NCBI GenBank assembly: GCA_038046605.1 | Contig: JBBSVW010000058.1 | Location: 1 to 11,936, forward strand | Length of the DNA stretch: 11,936 nt | Source of the DNA: Candidatus Micrarchaeota archaeon | GTDB lineage: Archaea; Micrarchaeota; Micrarchaeia; Norongarragalinales; SBBD01 | Direction: 5' to 3' | Shown: in pieces, positions 7,282 through 11,936 of the stretch | How positions within the stretch are numbered: position 1 is the first letter of the stretch | Layout of the letters: the number at the start of each line of letters is the position of its first letter | Position numbers and translations under genes: made by a program | Notes under the pieces: generated by a model | What the model saw: the letters and a program-made list of their open reading frames with translations, nothing else | What the model was told of the DNA's origin: nothing | Database searches by the model: none

Positions 7282-8130
7282 ATGCTTTCAACAGGAATTC
7301 TTCTGGGCATCGCCGCCGCCTTCTTCTGGGGATGCGCGGATTTCTTTGCAAAAATTGCCGTGACGCGGGAAAAGAAATTCATCCCCATCCACATTTCCAA
7401 CTTCGTTGCCCTATTGGTGATCATCGGATATAATTTGCTAAATCCCACTCCCGGTTATTCCCTTTTCACAATAGTCCCATCCGTAATCCTAGTTTCCATC
7501 AGCATGACCGGAGGCTGGTGGTTCTTCTGGAAATCCCTCCAATCCGGAAAACTCACCCTTCAAACCGCGGTTGGCGCCTCATATGGCTTCATCACTCTGA
7601 TTTTAGCGGTTTTGTTCCTTGGTGAAAAGCCAACCTTCCTTCAGGTGCTTGGCGCTTTTGCCATCGTCTGTGGAGTTTTCCTTCTTTCTGGCTTTCGCTC
7701 TCTCAAAAAAGCCAAATTCGACATGAACATTTTCATGGCTTTCCTTGCAGCGCTTAGCTGGGGATCATCCTATTTCTTCCTTGCGCCTATCCTCAAAGTC
7801 CATCCAATTGGAGTTGTTTTGATGTCCCACATGTTCTTTTCCCAGTTCGTTTCATTTGGGATTGTGATATTGACCGGTAATAGGTTGCTTCCGAGGGATT
7901 TGAACAATTTGAAACCGGTTATGGCAGCTGGGCTTGTGGATTCCCTTGGCATCATCTGCTACTACGTTGCCGCCGGCACCATCCTAATTTCGCTCCTTGC
8001 GCCAATCTCCTCAATGTACCCCGTTTTCACAGCCTTCCTCGCCTTCATTTTCATGAATGAGCGGCTGACAAAAGAGCAGCTCGCCTTTGTCGGAATGATT
8101 ATAATTGGGATTCTGCTTATTTCTTTATAA
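7282..8130 (+). CDS. EamA/DMT-family transporter, ~282 aa
   Basis: About ten TM segments in two repeats: AAFFWG...LAVLFLGEKPT and AALSWG...LAFIFMNERLT. GTGAT lies at 7270-7274, before ATG 7282. Confidence 0.92.
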   Translation: MLSTGILLGIAAAFFWGCADFFAKIAVTREKKFIPIHISNFVALLVIIGYNLLNPTPGYSLFTIVPSVILVSISMTGGWWFFWKSLQSGKLTLQTAVGASYGFITLILAVLFLGEKPTFLQVLGAFAIVCGVFLLSGFRSLKKAKFDMNIFMAFLAALSWGSSYFFLAPILKVHPIGVVLMSHMFFSQFVSFGIVILTGNRLLPRDLNNLKPVMAAGLVDSLGIICYYVAAGTILISLLAPISSMYPVFTAFLAFIFMNERLTKEQLAFVGMIIIGILLISL

Positions 8131-8145
8131 TTGACTAGGGGGAAG

Positions 8146-8202
8146 GGAGCTGAGGAGTATCGATTGATTAATTGCGCCTTTGATTTCCTTCGGCTCCATT
8201 TT
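8146..8202 (+). terminator. Imperfect hairpin followed by a T-run after the EamA gene (possible terminator)
   Basis: GGAGCTGAGGA (8146-8156) can pair with TCCTTCGGCTCC (8186-8197) using a G-U pair and a bulge. ATTTT follows. Confidence 0.3.
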
Positions 8203-8227
8203 CGTATTTAATTTAGCTGATAAAATC

Positions 8228-9118
8228 ATGGCATCCCTGAACGCAACACCGGAATATTACGCGGCGGAAGAGCGCTACCGGCAGGCAAAAACTCCCGAGG
8301 ATAGGATGGCCGCCCTCAAGCAGATGCTTGGCCTTGCCCCCAAGCACAAGGGTTCGCAAAGCATACTGATGGAAATCAAGAAGAAGATTTCGTCCATTCG
8401 CGAAGAGCTTGTCGTAGAAAAGAAGAAAAAAGCGGGCAAAAAGGGAGGGGGCGATTTCATAAAAAAGCAGGGCGCCGCCCAAATTGCGCTTATTGGATTT
8501 GTCAATTGCGGCAAAACCGCCCTCCTAAACAAACTTTGCGGCATGCACCATTCATCATCGGATGTGGCGTATGAAACCGGAATAGTCTCCCCAGGAATGC
8601 TTGAATTTGAAAAAATCCAATTGCAGATTCTGGATACGCCCTCCATATTCGAGCAAAACAAGAACAAGCTGTTTGGAATTGCCCGGCTAGCCGACCTTGT
8701 GATAATTATCTTGGATCCCTTCCTGGATATTATGGAGCAAAAGAAATATTTTGATGAGCTAGTTGCAAAGAAAATTTTCGTGGTTTCGAAGAAGGGATAT
8801 TTGGACGTGCATGGCAACGATTTCCAATACGATGTAAATCTGGAGAGCAGCATTACCGAGCTAAAGAAGATGTTCGTTAGGCATTTGGACCTGATACGAG
8901 TTTATACGAAAAACCCCCGCGGCGAAACCGATTACCTCAAACCATTCGTAATGGTTAAGGGGAGCACGGTTTCCGACATTGCAAAGCAGATCCACAAGGA
9001 ATTCTACCAGAACCTCAAGTATGCCCGGCTGTGGGGAAGTTCAAAATTCAAGGGGCAGCAGGTTTCCGGCGATTTCATCCTGAAGGATGAGGATGTGGTG
9101 GAGCTGCATATGAAGTGA
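8228..9118 (+). CDS. DRG/Obg-like GTP-binding protein with C-terminal TGS domain, ~296 aa, with degenerate G3/G4
   Basis: N-terminal NATPEYYAAEERY...APKHKG typical of the archaeal DRG paralog, G1 GFVNCGKT and QLQILDTP. The TGS domain reads IRVYTK...GSTVSDIAKQIH...YARLWGSSKFKGQQV...LKDEDVVELH. Confidence 0.9.
   Translation: MASLNATPEYYAAEERYRQAKTPEDRMAALKQMLGLAPKHKGSQSILMEIKKKISSIREELVVEKKKKAGKKGGGDFIKKQGAAQIALIGFVNCGKTALLNKLCGMHHSSSDVAYETGIVSPGMLEFEKIQLQILDTPSIFEQNKNKLFGIARLADLVIIILDPFLDIMEQKKYFDELVAKKIFVVSKKGYLDVHGNDFQYDVNLESSITELKKMFVRHLDLIRVYTKNPRGETDYLKPFVMVKGSTVSDIAKQIHKEFYQNLKYARLWGSSKFKGQQVSGDFILKDEDVVELHMK
9053..9118 (+). repeat. Direct repeat copy 1 (last 21 codons plus stop of the GTPase gene)
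   Basis: Ungapped match to 10486-10551, 51/66 nt identical by hand count. Confidence 0.9.
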
Positions 9119-9222
9119 ATTGAAGTCGCCTGCTTTTTTGCCATTTTAATCTGATTATTGGGATTTGATCATTTCCAAGAATTATGGGTTGCATTCACTA
9201 TCAAATCAACCAAACTCATCTA

Positions 9223-9230
9223 TTTATATA
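9223..9230 (+). promoter_or_regulatory. Archaeal TATA box of the toxin-antitoxin operon
   Basis: TTTATATA lies 22 nt before ATG 9253, consistent with a leaderless transcript. Confidence 0.6.
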
Positions 9231-9252
9231 ATTTACGTTAATTAAAGAATAC

Positions 9253-9897
9253 ATGAAACTACCTTTGGAAAAGCGCCTTCGTAAGCGCATGCATGTGCAA
9301 ATAGGCTCATTGCAAGACGAAGCCATGGATGTACTTTATTCCATAAGCGACAAATTTACCCTGCATGGCGGGACTGCAATCTGGCGGTGCTATGGTGGTG
9401 GCAGGTTTTCCGAGGATATTGACCTTTACGCCACAAAGCTGCCGGATGACTTTGAAACTACCCTTGCTGACGCCCTAAAATCCCGGGCCTTGCAACTTCA
9501 AAAATTCAAGAAGACGCAAAACCTCATATTCTGCAAAATATCCTCTCCGGAAGCGGAGATTAGGTTGGAAATAAATTTTTCCGCAAATGTTAAGGCAGTT
9601 CCAATTCCCTTCGAGAAAATCGACGGTTCCTCCATGATTGTGCTTTGCCTTTCTGTTGATGATCTGATAATCGAAAAGGCAAACGCCTATATTTCAAGGA
9701 AACTTATCCGTGACATCTATGATGTATATTTTCTCCTTCCAAAGATTACAGATGCAGTCATCCTTTCCAGGTTGAAACCGTTGGTGCAAAAATTCCTAGA
9801 TCCGTTTGATGAGGATAACTTGAAGGCAATAATTTATTCAGGTGCAATTCCAACCTATGCGCAGATGCACAATTACCTTATGGGGCATTTGAAATGA
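9253..9897 (+). CDS. abiEii: AbiEii/AbiGii-family nucleotidyltransferase toxin (type IV TA), 214 aa
   Basis: LHGGTAI...RFSEDIDL (GGTA and RxSEDxD motifs), EKANA and RDIYDVY. Confidence 0.9.
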   Translation: MKLPLEKRLRKRMHVQIGSLQDEAMDVLYSISDKFTLHGGTAIWRCYGGGRFSEDIDLYATKLPDDFETTLADALKSRALQLQKFKKTQNLIFCKISSPEAEIRLEINFSANVKAVPIPFEKIDGSSMIVLCLSVDDLIIEKANAYISRKLIRDIYDVYFLLPKITDAVILSRLKPLVQKFLDPFDEDNLKAIIYSGAIPTYAQMHNYLMGHLK

Positions 9898-10475
9898 GCA
9901 ATTTCAAAATAATGCGGGAGGCATTTTCGAAGCAGCCGGCATTTACAATAGGGGATATGGGGAGGCTTCTTGGCAAAAAGGTGAGCCGCGAATACCTAAG
10001 CCAATTGCTGCACCAGCTCGCAAAGCAAAAGCGCATTTTCCGGATAAGGAACGGAGTTTATTCTTTTTCAGATGACTCCCAAATGGCTGGCTTTGCCTTC
10101 CGGCCCTTTTACTATGGGCTGCAGGATGCGCTTTCTTTGCATGGATTATGGGAGCAGGAAACAAATCCGGTGGTGATTACCGCTAGGAAGGTGCGCAGCG
10201 GCCTTCGGAAATTTTTCGGCTCTAATTTTGTCGTAAGGCGGGTTTCAAAAAAAATGCTCTTCGGGTCCGAGCCCATGAAATACGGCGAATACTGGATACC
10301 TGTTTCAACAATTGAAAAAACGCTTATAGATATGGTTTATTTCCGGCAGCATTTTACTCAAGAATTGAAAACGGAATTTCGCAAGCGCGCTGACCGGAAA
10401 AAGCTCGCTGATTTGCTTGAGCGATGCCCCGCATGGGTAAGGGAACGGGTTTCGAAGATTGTAAGAATAGGGTGA
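9894..10475 (+). CDS. abiEi: AbiEi-family antitoxin / transcriptional regulator, 193 aa
   Basis: N-terminal wHTH (FTIGD...LHQLAKQKRIFRIRNGVY), YYGLQDALSLHGL and VSTIEKTLID. ATGA overlap with the toxin stop. Confidence 0.85.
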   Translation: MSNFKIMREAFSKQPAFTIGDMGRLLGKKVSREYLSQLLHQLAKQKRIFRIRNGVYSFSDDSQMAGFAFRPFYYGLQDALSLHGLWEQETNPVVITARKVRSGLRKFFGSNFVVRRVSKKMLFGSEPMKYGEYWIPVSTIEKTLIDMVYFRQHFTQELKTEFRKRADRKKLADLLERCPAWVRERVSKIVRIG

Positions 10476-10485
10476 TTTTGATATG

Positions 10486-10551
10486 GGCAGGCAGGTTTCC
10501 GGAGATTTTGCGATGCAAGGTGAGGATGTGGTGGGGCTGCATGTGATGTGA
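10486..10551 (+). repeat. Direct repeat copy 2: degenerate duplicate of the GTPase 3' end
   Basis: It translates as GRQVSGDFAMQGEDVVGLHVM* against GQQVSGDFILKDEDVVELHMK* in the gene (13/21 aa identical, stop at the same position). Confidence 0.9.
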
Positions 10552-10648
10552 GTATCTCTGCTGGGTTGCCTCTTAAAAAGTAGCATTTTATGAAAAGGCT
10601 CGTTTAGCATACTTATAAAATATATTGAAATATCAAATTCTTGATAAT

Positions 10649-11761
10649 ATGCGGGAAAGAAAAAATAATAGTTACATGAAAAAATATTTTCAATTGACAA
10701 TCCTTTTAGCAGGCATACTTTTATTATTTATCATTAGTAATATTTTTCAAGTTAAGTCCGAACCTCAATCAATAATTGCTACATCAGTAACGCCATCTGT
10801 TTCAGAGAAGATTACGGTTACATTATACCCTACTACAAAAGAAATAATCGATCCCTATGAAAATAATTCTCCAACTCCTAAGGTGGAGGAAGTAGATAAT
10901 TACATTAATACTCATTATTCTATAGACGAATTAAAACAATTTGTTTTAAATCTAATTAATGCAGATAGAAAAAATGCAAGTTTGAAGCCTGTTTTTATGG
11001 ATAACAAAACAGCTGCACAAAAACATGCTGAAGAGATGATGAATAATAAGTATATTTCTCATTGGAATTTATTAGGACAAAAACCCTATGTCAGATATAG
11101 CATTGAGAATGGAACACAAGCAGTTGCGGAAAATGTCGCCTTAACTTCATATTACCAAAGAGACTCAAAAAATCTTCTTTTTGATGCCAAGATAGCAATC
11201 GCTAATCATGAGTATGGTATGATGTACGATGATGCTGATTGGGATTGGGGGCATCGTGATACCATCCTAAATCCATATCATAAAAAAGTCAATATTGGAG
11301 TTGCCTATAACAATGAGACTTTGGCGTTAGTTCAAGATTTTGAAACTGACAATATAATTTGGGAACAGCTTCCTACTATTCAAAATGGCTGGATAAAATT
11401 GAAAGGCAAAGTATTGGAAGGACAACTTTATGATGTATATATTTATTATGAAAAATTTCCGCAATCGCTGGATCTTGGTTCATTTAAAGAATGGCCCTAT
11501 AACGGATCATATTCTGAGGGCGAAAATGTAGCGGTTATTATTGAAGCTGATCACTTCCTCAATAATTTCAATGGAAGAATAATATATTCGACTAGGTATA
11601 ATGCAAATGCAGGGGGGCCTTTTGAAATTGAAGCGTATTTAGGCGATTGGATGCTTGACTATAACGATGGTATATATACTGTCGATGTTGTTGGTATGAT
11701 GAATGATAGAAAGAAAAAAACTTTAAGCACTTATTCGATCTTTTATAACAAAACGAGATGA
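10649..11761 (+). CDS. Membrane-anchored or secreted CAP (SCP) domain protein with a C-terminal beta-rich domain, ~370 aa
   Basis: N-terminal hydrophobic helix (LTILLAGILLLFIISNIF) and a Ser/Thr/Pro linker. CAP motifs are LINADR, AAQKHAEEM, ISHW, AENVA and GHRDTILNP...VNIGVA. TTATAAAA lies at 10613-10620. An alternative ATG is at 10676. Confidence 0.9.
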   Translation: MRERKNNSYMKKYFQLTILLAGILLLFIISNIFQVKSEPQSIIATSVTPSVSEKITVTLYPTTKEIIDPYENNSPTPKVEEVDNYINTHYSIDELKQFVLNLINADRKNASLKPVFMDNKTAAQKHAEEMMNNKYISHWNLLGQKPYVRYSIENGTQAVAENVALTSYYQRDSKNLLFDAKIAIANHEYGMMYDDADWDWGHRDTILNPYHKKVNIGVAYNNETLALVQDFETDNIIWEQLPTIQNGWIKLKGKVLEGQLYDVYIYYEKFPQSLDLGSFKEWPYNGSYSEGENVAVIIEADHFLNNFNGRIIYSTRYNANAGGPFEIEAYLGDWMLDYNDGIYTVDVVGMMNDRKKKTLSTYSIFYNKTR

Positions 11762-11888
11762 CATCTTTAGGGGTTTTTGAAATAATTACCCGTTTTTTTC
11801 CATTTTTGCCCAAAACGCTCAAGCGGCATTCCTTTCACCGCCTGAATTCACATCTCATTTTGCGGTAGAGGTGTTGAAAGAACTATAG

Positions 11889-11903
11889 CTAAAGGTATAA
11901 ATA
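11889..11903 (+). promoter_or_regulatory. BRE/TATA promoter for the next gene
   Basis: Purine-rich AAAGG is followed by TATAAATA (11896-11903), 22 nt before ATG 11926. Confidence 0.6.
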
Positions 11904-11925
11904 CTGGAACTTCTTTTAATTCAGT

Positions 11926-11936
11926 ATGACTTGGAA
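11926..11936 (+). CDS. Probable start of a gene running off the right edge (MTW...)
   Basis: ATG at the expected distance from a good TATA box. Only three full codons are visible. Confidence 0.35.

Larger units (their letters stand above)
9119..10551. mobile_element. Candidate integrase-less 1433-bp cassette carrying AbiEii-AbiEi, inserted at the GTPase 3' end
   Basis: It is bounded by a degenerate direct repeat of the gene 3' end (attL/attR-like geometry). It contains only a promoter and the TA pair. Confidence 0.55.

Noticed and set aside
8275-8853. 192-aa - strand ORF
   Set aside because: Antisense shadow of the GTPase with no recognisable family.
10649-11761. CAP protein as the archaeosortase substrate
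   Set aside because: It has no C-terminal motif-TM-basic sorting signal and is anchored at the N-terminus.
11819-11873. Two weak hairpins (TCAAGCGG/CCGCCTGA and CATCTC/GAGGTG) considered as an ncRNA or MITE
   Set aside because: The stems are short and imperfect, with no tRNA features, terminal repeats or second copy in the window.
1-11936. CRISPR array, tRNA/rRNA, transposase or integrase
   Set aside because: No periodic repeat-spacer pattern, cloverleaf or recombinase motif was seen by eye, and intergenic gaps are all short.

Overview
This is a gene-dense, archaeal-looking window. The evidence is TATA boxes 21-23 nt upstream of several ATGs, GTGAT/GGAGG ribosome-binding motifs, an archaeosortase, a ThiS/SAMP protein and a tandem Lrp regulator. 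A DPANN/Micrarchaeota-like origin is an inference only. Left part: a ubiquitin-like ThiS/MoaD/SAMP protein, an M50 site-2 protease with a PDZ domain, an exosortase/archaeosortase and a HemK2-type methyltransferase. Middle: a class I methyltransferase divergent from a double Lrp/AsnC regulator, a membrane-anchored HAD hydrolase, a 358-aa unknown protein overlapping a free-standing PEP-utiliser phospho-His swivel domain gene, and a divergent EamA transporter. Together these are a candidate undescribed split phosphotransfer or small-molecule modification module. Right part: a DRG/Obg-like TGS GTPase with degenerate G3/G4 motifs. Its last 66 bp are repeated (51/66 identical, ungapped, stop retained) 1433 bp downstream, bracketing an AbiEii-AbiEi toxin-antitoxin pair with no integrase, and an AT-rich CAP-domain gene follows. 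No tRNA, rRNA, CRISPR array or transposase was seen. All family calls come from motif recognition by eye, not database searches.
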